Positions 13,710 through 23,887 of a DNA stretch of 64,000 nucleotides are shown piece by piece. Location: positions 129,084,001 through 129,148,000 of the forward strand of contig OZ024744.1 in the NCBI GenBank assembly GCA_964016885.1. Reading direction: 5' to 3'. The stretch is from Eledone cirrhosa. Lineage: Eukaryota. Both the position numbers and the translations under genes were made by a program. Below the pieces are notes generated by a model. The model worked only from the letters and a program-made list of their open reading frames with translations. It made no database searches and was not told where the DNA came from. Every line of letters starts with the position of its first letter. The first letter of the stretch is position 1.

Positions 13710-14460
13710 AGGTTTTTCGAAAACCTTATATAATCATTTTTTTTTAGGTTTTTCGAAACACCTTATATAATCAATTTTTTTATGTTTTTCGAAAAACCTT
13801 ATATAATCATTTTTTTTATACTTTTAGAAATATTTATATCTGATTTCAAATATTTATTTTTCTAGGTTTTTCAAAAAACCTTATATAATCAATTTTTTTT
13901 AGGTTTTTCGAAAAATGTTATATAATCAATTTTTTTTAGGTTTTTCGAAAAACCTTATATAATCATTTTTTTTATACTTTTAGAAATATTTATATCTGAT
14001 TTCAAATATTTATTTTTCTAGGTTTTTCAAAAAACCTTATATAATCAATTTTTTTTAGGTTTTTCGAAAAATGTTATATAATCAATTTTTTTTAGGTTTT
14101 TCGAAAAACCTTATATAATCAATTTTTTTTTAGGTTTTTCGAAACACCTTATATAATCAATTTTTTTTAGGTTTTTCGAAAAACCTTATATAATCAATTT
14201 TTTTTAGGTTTTTCGAAAAACCTTATATAATCAATTTTTTTAGGTTTTTCGTAAAACCTTATATAATCAATTTTTTTAGGTTTTTCGAAAAACCTTATAT
14301 AATCAATTTTTTTTAGGTTTTTCGAAGTACCTTATATAATTAATTTTTTTTAGGTTTTTCGAAAAATCTTATATAATTAATTTATATCTGATTTCAAATA
14401 TTGATTTTTTTAGGTTTTTCGAAAACCTTATATAATCAATTTTTTTTAGGTTTTTCGAAA
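13710..14460. repeat. ~37-bp tandem minisatellite AGGTTTTTCGAAAAACCTTATATAATCAA(T)7-9, left array of island 1; the same array opens all five islands
   Basis: Period is 37 bp (agg at 14169 and 14206). The 18-bp perfect palindrome lies at 14169-14186. The array is occasionally interrupted by the module atacttttagaaatatttatatctgatttcaaatatt. Confidence 0.95.
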
Positions 14461-16090
14461 AAGAATGAATTCATATTCGAAATATATACTTCTGCATTAA
14501 TCTTTTTACGTTTTTCTGATTTTTTGCATGTTTTGAAATTTAAAAAAAAAGTAAAAAATTAATGCTTTTACAAATATTTTGAAATATTTACTTTCTGGTT
14601 TCGAATTTTGCAAATTAAATTTTTTTCGAAAAACCTAAAAAAATCAGTTTTCGAAATCAGAAGTTAATATTTCGAAAAACGCAATTTGAAAAACTCATAT
14701 TAATTTTTTTTCGAATGAATTCTTTCATACTTTTAGAAATATTTATATCTGATTTCAAATATTGATTTTTTTAGGTTTTTCGAAATATCTTATATAATCA
14801 ATTTTTTTTAGGTTTTTCGAAAAAGAATGAATTTGAGTTCATAGTCGAAATATATACTTCTGCATTAATCTTTTTACGTTTTTCTGATTTTTTGTATGTT
14901 TTGAAATTTAAAAAAAAACGTTATAAATTAATGCTTTTACAAATATTTTGAAATATTTACTTTCTGGTTTCGAAATTTTGCAAATTAAATTTTTTTCGAA
15001 AAACCTAAAAAAATCAGTTTTCGAAATCAGAAGTTAATATTTCGAAAAACGCAATTTGAAAAACTCATATTAATTTTTTTTCGAATGAAGTTTTTTTATG
15101 CTTTTAGAAATATTTATATCTGATTTCAAATATTGATTTTTTTTAGGTTTTTCGAAAAAGAATGAATTTGAGTTCATAGTCGAAATATATATTTCTGCAT
15201 TGATCTTTGATCTTTTGTATGTTTTGAAATTTTAAAAAAACGTAAAAAATTAATGCTTTTACAAATATTTTAAAATATTTACTTTCTGGTTTCAAAGTTT
15301 GCAAATTAAATTTTTTTCGAAAAACCTAAAAAAATCAGTTTTCGAAATCAGAAGTTAATATTTCGAAAAACGCAATTTGAAAAACTCATATTAATTTTTT
15401 TTCGAATGAATTCTTTCATACTTTTAGAAATATTTATATCTGATTTCAAATATTGATTTTTTTAGGTTTTTCGAAAAATCTTATATAATCAATTTTTTTT
15501 AGGTTTTTCGAAAAAGAATGAATTTGAGTTCATAGTCGAAATATATACTTCTGCATTAATCTTTGATTTTTTGCATGTTTTGAAATTTAAAAAAAACGTA
15601 AAAAATTAATATTTCGAAAAACGCAATTTGAAAAACTCATATTAATTTTTTTTCGAATGAATTCTTTTATACTTTTAGAAATATTTATATCTGATTTTAA
15701 ATATTGATTTTTTTAGGTTTACCTTATATAATCAAATTTTTTTAGGTTGTTCGAAAAATCTTATATAATCAAATTTTTTTAGGTTTTTCGAAAAAGAATT
15801 TGAGTTCATAGTCGAAATATATACTTCTGCATTAATCTTTTTACGTTTTTCTGATTTTTTGCATGTTTTGAAATTTAAAAAAAACGTAAAAAATTAATGC
15901 TTTTACAAATATTTTGAAATATTTACTTTCTGGTTTCAAATTTTGCAAATTAAATTTTTTTCGAAAAACCTAAAAAAATCAGTTTTCGAAATCAGAAGTT
16001 AATATTTCGAAAAACGCAATTTAAAAAACTCATATTAATTTTTTTTCGAATGAATTCTTTTAGAAATATTTATATCTGATTTCAAATATT
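14400..16090. repeat. Tandem ~280-360 bp AT-rich fold-back units forming the island core (MITE/foldback-like)
   Basis: Repeated unit gaatgaatttgagttcatagtcgaaatatatacttctgcattaatc...gcaatttgaaaaactcatattaat...gaatgaattc, with outer and inner inverted arms in full-length units. Confidence 0.9.
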
Positions 16091-16099
16091 GATTTTTTT

Positions 16100-16495
16100 A
16101 GGTTTACCTTATATAATCAAATTTTTTTAGGTTTTTCAAAAACCTTATATAATCAATTTTTTTTAGGTTTTTCTAAAAACCTTACATAATCAATTTTTTT
16201 TAGGTTTTTTTCGAAAAACCTTATATAATCAATTTTTTACGTTTTTAGAAAAACCTTATATAATCAATTTTTTTTATACTTTTAGAAATATTTATATCTT
16301 ATTTCAAATATTGATTTTTTTAGATTTTTCGAAATACCTTATATAATCAATTTTTCTAGGTGTTTCGAAAAACCTTATATAATCAATTTTTTTTAGGTTT
16401 TTCGAAAGACCTTATATAATCAATTTTTTTTAGGTTTTTCGAAAAACCTTATATAATCAATTTTTTTAGGTTTTTCGACAACCTTATATAATCAA
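16100..16495. repeat. ~37-bp minisatellite, right array of island 1; the same array closes all islands
   Basis: Same monomer and orientation as the left array but more variant (ggtgtttcg, cgaaagacc, terminal cgacaacc). Confidence 0.93.
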
Positions 16496-19400
16496 GTTGA
16501 GTTTAAGTTAAGTTGGGATTAAGTTAAGTTGGGGTTAAGTTAAGATGGGGTTAAGTTATGTTGAGGTTAAGTTAAGTTGGGGTTAAATTAAGTTGGGGTT
16601 AAGTTAAGTTGGGGTTAAGTTAAGTTGGGGTTAGGTTAAGTTGGGTTTAAGTTAAGTTGGGGATAAGTTAAGTTGGGGTTAAGTTAAGTTGGGTTTAAGT
16701 TAAGTTGGGGTTAAGTTAAGTTGGGGTTAAGTTAAGTTGGGGTTAAATTAAGTTGGGGTTAAGTTAAGTTGGGGTTGAGTGAAGTTGGGGTTAAGTTAAG
16801 TTGGGGTTAAATTAAGTTGGGGTTAAGTTAAGTTGGTGTTAAATTAAGTTGGGGTTAAATTAAGTTGGTGTTAAGTTAAGTTGGGGTTAAGTTAAGTTGG
16901 GGTTAATTAAGTTGGGGTTAAGTTAAGTTGGGGTTAAGTTAATTGGGGTTAAATTAAGTTAGGGTTGAGTTAAGTTGGGGTTAAGTTAAGTTGGGGTTAT
17001 ATTAAGTTGGGGTTAAGTTAAGTTGGGGTTAAGTTAAGTTAGGGTTAATTTAAGTTAGGGTTATGTTAAGTTGGGGTTAAGTTAAGTTGGGGTTAAGTTA
17101 GGTTGGTGTTAAGTTAAGTTGGGGTTAAGTTAAGTTGGGGTTATGTTAAGTTGGGGTTAAGTTAAGTTGGGGTTGAGTTAAGTTGGGGTTGAGTTAAGTT
17201 GGGGTTGAGTGAAGTTGGGGTTAAGTTAAGTTGGGGTTAAATTAAGTTGGGGTTAAGTTAAGTTGGGGTTGAGTTAAGTTGGGGTTAATTTAAGTTGGGG
17301 CTAAGTTAATTTGTGGTTAAGTTAAGTTGGGGTTAAGTTAAGTTGGGGTTAAGTTAAGTTGGGGTTGAGTTAAGTAGGGGTTGAGTTAATTTGGGGTTAA
17401 GTTAAGTTGGGGTTAAGTTAAGTTGGGTTTAAGTTAAGTTGGGGTTAAATTAAGTTGGGGTTAAATTAAGTTGGGGTTAAGTTAAGTTGGGGGTAAGTTA
17501 AGTTGGGGGCAAGTTAAGTTGGGGTTAAGTTAAGTTGGGGTTAAGTTAAGTTGGGGTTAATTTAAGTTGGGGTTATGTTAAGTTGGGGTTAAGTTAAGTT
17601 GGGGTTAAGTTAAGTTGGGGTTAAGTTAAGTTGGGGGTAAGTTACGTTAGGGCTAAGTTACGTTGGGGTTAACTTAACCCCAACTTAACTTAACCCCAAC
17701 TTAACTTAGACCCAACTTAACTGAGCCCCAACTTAACTTAACCCCAACGTAACTTAGCCCTAACGTAACTTACCCCCAACTTAACTTAACACCAACTTAA
17801 CTTAACCCCAACTTAACTTACCCCCAACTTAACTTACCCCCAACTTAACTTAACCCCAACTTAACTTAACTTAACCCCAACTTAAGTTAAGTTTGGGTTA
17901 AGGTTGGGGTTAAATTAAGTTGGGGTTAAGTTAAGTTGGGGTTAAGTTAAGTTGGGGTTAAGTTAAGTTGGGGTTAAGTTAAGTTGGTGTTAAGTTAAGT
18001 TGGGGCTGAGTTAAGTTGGGGCTAAGTTAAGTTGGGTCTAAGTTAAGTTGGGGTTAAGTTAAGTTGGGGTTAAGTTAAGTTGGTGTTAAATTAAGTTGGG
18101 GTTAAATTAAGTTGGTGTTAAGTTAAGTCGGGGTTAAGTTAAGTTGGGGTTAATTAAGTTGGGGTTAAGTTAAGTTGGGGTTAAGTTAATTGGTGTTAAA
18201 TTAAGTTAGGGTTGAGTTAAGTTGGGGTTAAGTTAAGTTGGGGTTATATTAAGTTGGGGTTAAGTTAAGTTGGGGTTAAGTAAAGTTGGGGTTCAGTTAA
18301 GTTGCGGTTAAGTTAAGTTGGGGTTAAGTTAAGTTAGGCTTAACTTAAGTTGGGGTTAAGTTAAGTTGTGGGTGAGTTAAGTTGGGGGTAAGTTAAGTTG
18401 GGGTTAAGTTAAGTTGGGGTTAAGTTGGGGTTAAGTTAATTTAGGGTTAAGTTAAGTTGGGGTTGAGTTAAGTTGGGGTTAAGTTAAGTGGTGGTTATGT
18501 TAAGTTGGGGTTAAGTTAAGTTGGGGTTAATTTAAATTGGGGTTAATTTAACTTTGTGGTTAAGTTAATTTGGGGTTAATTTAAGTTGGGGTTAAGTTAA
18601 GTTGGGGTTAATTTAATTTGTGGTTAAGTTAAGTTGGGGTTAAGTTAAGTTGGGGTTGAGTGAAGCTGGGGTTAAGTTAAGTTGGGGTTAAAATAAGTTG
18701 GGGTTAAGTTAAGTTGGGGTTAAGTTAAGTTGCGGTTAAGTTAAGTTGGGGTTAAGTTAAGTTGGGGTTAAGTTAATTAGGGTTAAGTTAAGTTGGGGTT
18801 AAGTTAAGTTGGGGTTAAGTTAAGTTGGGGTTAAGTTAATTTGTGGTTAAGTTAAGTTGGGGTTAAGTTAAGTTGGGGTTAAGTTAAGTTGGGGATAAGT
18901 TAAGTTGAGGATAAGTTAAGTTGGGGTTAATTAAGTTGGGTTTAAGTTAAGTTGGGGTTAAGTTAAGTTGGGGTTAAGTTAAGTTGGGGTTAAGTTAAGT
19001 TGGTTAGTTAAGTTGAGTTTAAGTTAAGTTGGGGTTAATTTAAGTTGGGGTTAAGTTAAGTTGGGGTTAAGTTAATTTGGGGTTAAGTTAAGTTGGGGTT
19101 CAGTTAAGTTGGGGTTAAGTTAAGTTGGGGTTAAGTTGGGGTAAAATTAAGTTGGGGTTAAGTTAAGTTGCGGTTAAGTTAAAATGAGGTTAAGTTAAGT
19201 TGGGGTTAAGTTAAGTTGGGGTTAAGTTAAGTTGGGGCTAAGTTAAGTTGGGATTAAGTTAACTTTGGGTTAAGTTAAGTTGGGTTTGAGTTAAGTTGGG
19301 GTTAATTAAGTTGGGGTTAAGTTAAGTTGGGGTTAAGTTAAGTTGGGGTTAAGTTAAGTTGGGGTTAAGTTAAGTTGGGGTTAAGTTAAGTTGATGTTAA

Positions 19401-21435
19401 GTTAAGTTGGGGTTAATTTAAGTTGGGGTTAAGTTAAGTTGGGGCTAAGTTAAGTTGGGGTTAAGTTAATTAGGGTTAAGTTAAGTTGGGGTTAAGTTAA
19501 GTTGGGGTTAAGTTAAGTTGGGGTTAAGTTAATTTGTGGTTAAGTTAAGTTGGGGTTAAGTTAAGTTGGGGTTAAGTTAAGTTGGGGATAAGTTAAGTTG
19601 AGGATAAGTTAAGTTGGGGTTAATTAAGTTGGGTTTAAGTTAAGTTGGGGTTAAGTTAAGTTGGGGTTAAGTTAAGTTGGGGTTAAGTTAAGTTGGTTAG
19701 TTAAGTTGAGTTTAAGTTAAGTTGGGGTTAATTTAAGTTGGGGTTAAGTTAAGTTGGGGTTAAGTTAATTTGGGGTTAAGTTAAGTTGGGGTTCAGTTAA
19801 GTTGGGGTTAAGTTAAGTTGGGGTTAAGTTGGGGTAAAATTAAGTTGGGGTTAAGTTAAGTTGCGGTTAAGTTAAAATGAGGTTAAGTTAAGTTGGGGTT
19901 AAGTTAAGTTGGGGTTAAGTTAAGTTGGGGCTAAGTTAAGTTGGGGCTAAGTTAAGTTGGGGCTAAGTTAAGTTGGGGTTAAGTTAACTTTGGGTTAAGT
20001 TAAGTTGGGTTTGAGTTAAGTTGGGGTTAATTAAGTTGGGGTTAAGTTAAGTTGGGGTTAAGTTAAGTTGGGGTTAAGTTAAGTTGGGGTTAAGTTAAGT
20101 TGATGTTAAGTTAAGTTGGGGTTAATTTAAGTTGGGGTTAAGTTAAGTTGGGGCTAAGTTAAGTTGGAGCTAAGTTAAGTTGGGGCTAAGTTAAGTTGGG
20201 GTTAAGTTAAGTTGGGGTTAAGTTAAGGTGGGGTTAAGTTAAGTTGGGGTCAACTTAAGTTGGGGTTAAGTTAAGTTGGGGTTAACTTAAGTTGGGGTTA
20301 AGTTAAGTTGGGGTTAAGTTAAGTTGGGGTTAAGTTAAGTTGGGGTTACGTTAAGTTGGGGGTAAGTTAAGTTGGTGGTAAGTTAAGTTGGGGGTAAGTT
20401 AAGATGGGGTTAAGTTAGGGTTAAGTTAAGTTAGGGTTAAGTTAATTTGGGGTTGAGTTAAGTTGGGGTTAAGTTAAGTGGTGGTTATGTTAAGTTGGGG
20501 TTAAGTTAAGTTGGGGTTAATTTAAATTGGGGTTAATTTAAATTTGTTGTTAAGTTAAGTTGGGGTTAATTTAAGTTGGGGTTAAGTTAAGTTGGGGTTG
20601 AGTTAAGTTGGGGTTGAGTGAAGTTGGGGTTAAGTTAAGTTGGGGTTGAGTTAAGTTGGGGTTAATTTAAGTTGGGGCTAAGTTCATTTGGGGTTCAGTT
20701 AAGTTGGGGTTAAATTAAGTTGGGGTTAAGTTAAGTTGGGGTTAAATTAAGTTGGGGTTAAGTTAAGTTGGGGTTAAGTTAAGTTGGGGTTAAGTTAATT
20801 TGGGGTTAAGTGAAGTTAGAGTTAAGTTAAGTTGGGGTTGAGTTAAGTTGGGGGTAAGTTAAGTTGGGGTTATGTTAAGTTGGGGTTACGTTAAGTTGGG
20901 TTTAAGTTAAGTTGGGGTTAAGTTAAGTTGGGGTTAAGTTAAGTTGGGGTTAATTTAAGTTGGGGTTAAGTTAAGTCGGGGTTAAGTTAAGTTGGGGTTA
21001 AGTTAAGTTGCGGTTAAGTTAAGTTGGGGTTAAGTTAAGTTGGGGTTAAGTTAATTAGGGTTAAGTTAAGTTGGGGTTAAGTTAAGTTGGGGTTAAGTTA
21101 AGTTGGGGTTAAGTTAAGTTGGGTTTAAGTTAAGTTGGGGCTAAGTTAAGTTAGGGCTAAGTTAAGTTGGGGTTAAGTTAAGTTGGGGTTAATTTAAGTT
21201 GGGGTTACATTAAGTTGAGGTTAAGTTAAGTTGTGGTTATGTTAAGTTAGGGTTAATTTAAGTTAGGGTTATGTTAAGTTGGGGTTAAGTTAAGTTGGGG
21301 TTAAGTTAGGTTGGTGTTAAGTTAAGTTGGGGTTAAGTTAAGTTGGGGTTATGTTAAGTTGGGGTTAAGTTAAGTTGGGGTTAAGTTAAGTTGGGGGTAA
21401 GTTAAGTTGGGTTTGAGTTAAGTTGGGGTTAAGTT
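16496..21435 (+). repeat. 16-bp satellite block 2 (contains one inverted patch)
   Basis: Same monomer. Begins with the invariant post-island signature gttgagtttaagttaagttgggattaag...aagatgggg...ttatgttgagg. Confidence 0.98.
17671..17883 (-). repeat. 213-bp inverted satellite patch (CCCCAACTTAACTTAA)n, copy 1
   Basis: Strand switches at ggggtt|aactt and returns at ccccaactt|aagtt. Confidence 0.97.
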
Positions 21436-23887
21436 AGGTTTTTCGAAAACCTTATATAATCATTTTTTTTTAGGTTTTTCGAAACACCTTATATAATCAA
21501 TTTTTTTATGTTTTTCGAAAAACCTAATATAATCATTTTTTTTATACTTTTAGAAATATTTATATCTGATTTCAAATATTTATTTTTCTAGGTTTTTCAA
21601 AAAACCTTATATAATCAATTTTTTTTAGGTTTTTCGAAAAATGTTATATAATCAATTTTTTTTAGGTTTTTCGAAAAACCTTATATAATCAATTTTTTTT
21701 TAGGTTTTTCGAAACACCTTATATAATCAATTTTTTTTAGGTTTTTCGAAAAACCTTATATAATCAATTTTTTTTAGGTTTTTCGAAAAACCTTATATAA
21801 TCAATTTTTTTAGGTTTTTCGTAAAACCTTATATAATCAATTTTTTTAGGTTTTTCGAAAAACCTTATATAATCAATTTTTTTTAGGTTTTTCGAAGTAC
21901 CTTATATAATTAATTTTTTTTAGGTTTTTCGAAAAATCTTATATAATTAATTTATATCTGATTTCAAATATTGATTTTTTTAGGTTTTTCGAAAACCTTA
22001 TATAATCAATTTTTTTTAGGTTTTTCGAAAAAGAATGAATTCATATTCGAAATATATACTTCTGCATTAATCTTTTTACGTTTTTCTGATTTTTTGCATG
22101 TTTTGAAATTTAAAAAAAAAGTAAAAAATTAATGCTTTTACAAATATTTTGAAATATTTACTTTCTGGTTTCGAATTTTGCAAATTAAATTTTTTTCGAA
22201 AAACCTAAAAAAATCAGTTTTCGAAATCAGAAGTTAATATTTCGAAAAACGCAATTTGAAAAACTCATATTAATTTTTTTTCGAATGAATTCTTTCATAC
22301 TTTTAGAAATATTTATATCTGATTTCAAATATTGATTTTTTTTAGGTTTTTCGAAAAAGAATGAATTTGAGTTCATAGTCGAAATATATATTTCTGCATT
22401 GATCTTTGATCTTTTGTATGTTTTGAAATTTAAAAAAAACGTAAAAAATTAATGCTTTTACAAATATTTTGAAATATTTACTTTCTGGTTTCAAAGTTTG
22501 CAAATTAAATTTTTTTCGAAAAACCTAAAAAAATCAGTTTTCGAAATCAGAAGTTAATATTTCGAAAAACGCAATTTGAAAAACTCATATTAATTTTTTT
22601 TCGAATGAATTCTTTCATACTTTTAGAAATATTTATATCTGATTTCAAATATTGATTTTTTTAGGTTTTTCGAAAAATCTTATATAATCAATTTTTTTTA
22701 GGTTTTTCGAAAAAGAATGAATTTGAGTTCATAGTCGAAATATATACTTCTGCATTAATCTTTGATTTTTTGCATGTTTTGAAATTTAAAAAAAACGTAA
22801 AAAATTAATATTTCGAAAAACGCAATTTGAAAAACTCATATTAATTTTTTTTCGAATGAATTCTTTTATACTTTTAGAAATATTTATATCTGATTTTAAA
22901 TATTGATTTTTTTAGGTTTACCTTATATAATCAAATTTTTTTAGGTTGTTCGAAAAATCTTATATAATCAAATTTTTTTAGGTTTTTCGAAAAAGAATTT
23001 GAGTTCATAGTCGAAATATATACTTCTGCATTAATCTTTTTACGTTTTTCTGATTTTTTGCATGTTTTGAAATTTAAAAAAAACGTAAAAAATTAATGCT
23101 TTTACAAATATTTTGAAATATTTACTTTCTGGTTTCAAATTTTGCAAATTAAATTTTTTTCGAAGAACCTAAAAAAATCAGTTTTCGAAATCAGAAGTTA
23201 ATATTTCGAAAAACGCAATTTAAAAAACTCATATTAATTTTTTTTCGAATGAATTCTTTTAGAAATATTTATATCTGATTTCAAATATTGATTTTTTTAG
23301 GTTTACCTTATATAATCAAATTTTTTTAGGTTTTTCAAAAACCTTATATAATCAATTTTTTTTAGGTTTTTCTAAAAACCTTACATAATCAATTTTTTTT
23401 AGGTTTTTTCGAAAAACCTTATATAATCAATTTTTTACGTTTTTAGAAAAACCTTATATAATCAATTTTTTTTATACTTTTAGAAATATTTATATCTTAT
23501 TTCAAATATTGATTTTTTTTAGATTTTTCGAAATACCTTATATAATCAATTTTTCTAGGTGTTTCGAAAAACCTTATATAATCAATTTTTTTTAGGTTTT
23601 TCGAAAGACCTTATATAATCAATTTTTTTTAGGTTTTTCGGAAAACCTTATATAATCAATTTTTTTTATACTTTTAGAAATATTTATATCTAATTTCAAA
23701 TATTGATTTTTTTTAGATTTTTCGAAATACCTTATATAATCAATTTTTCTAGGTGTTTCGAAAAACCTTATATAATCAATTTTTTTTAGGTTTTTCGAAA
23801 GACCTTATATAATCAATATTTTTAGGTTTTTCGAAAAACCTTATATAATCAATTTCTTTAGGTTTTTCGACAACCTTATATAATCAA
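21436..23887. repeat. AT-rich composite island, copy 2 (~2.45 kb)
   Basis: Same junctions as copy 1. Four long units (about 22033, 22359, 22715, 22995) and an extended right 37-bp array. Confidence 0.96.

Larger units (their letters stand above)
13710..16495. repeat. AT-rich composite island, copy 1 (~2.79 kb): 37-bp palindromic array, five fold-back units, 37-bp array
   Basis: Abrupt switch at ggttaagtt|aggtttttcgaaaacc and back at ccttatataatcaa|gttgagtttaag. Long units start near 14463, 14825, 15160, 15515 (short) and 15796. Confidence 0.96.

Noticed and set aside
14160-14240. Promoter or terminator motifs (TATAAT, TATATAA, hairpin plus T-run)
   Set aside because: These are parts of an AT-rich tandem monomer with no associated gene, so there is no support for a regulatory call.
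13710-14460. CRISPR array suggested by 37-bp periodic palindromic repeats
   Set aside because: The intervening sequence is constant rather than unique spacers, the repeats are directly tandem, and there are no cas genes.
13710-16495. Telomere-targeted retrotransposon (SART/TRAS, HeT-A-like) suggested by TTAGG at the left junction
   Set aside because: There is no ORF, reverse-transcriptase remnant, poly(A) tail or variable 5' truncation. All copies share identical flanking variants, indicating segmental duplication.
13700-16510. piggyBac or Helitron insertion (TTAA target; CTAA plus hairpin on the minus strand)
   Set aside because: TTAA is not duplicated and the island ends are not inverted repeats of each other. 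There is no 5' TC and no A|T target, and the hairpin is simply the 37-mer palindrome.
17671-17883. Telomere-telomere fusion site
   Set aside because: Orientation reverts after only 213 bp and the patch recurs six times identically. A fusion would switch strand permanently.
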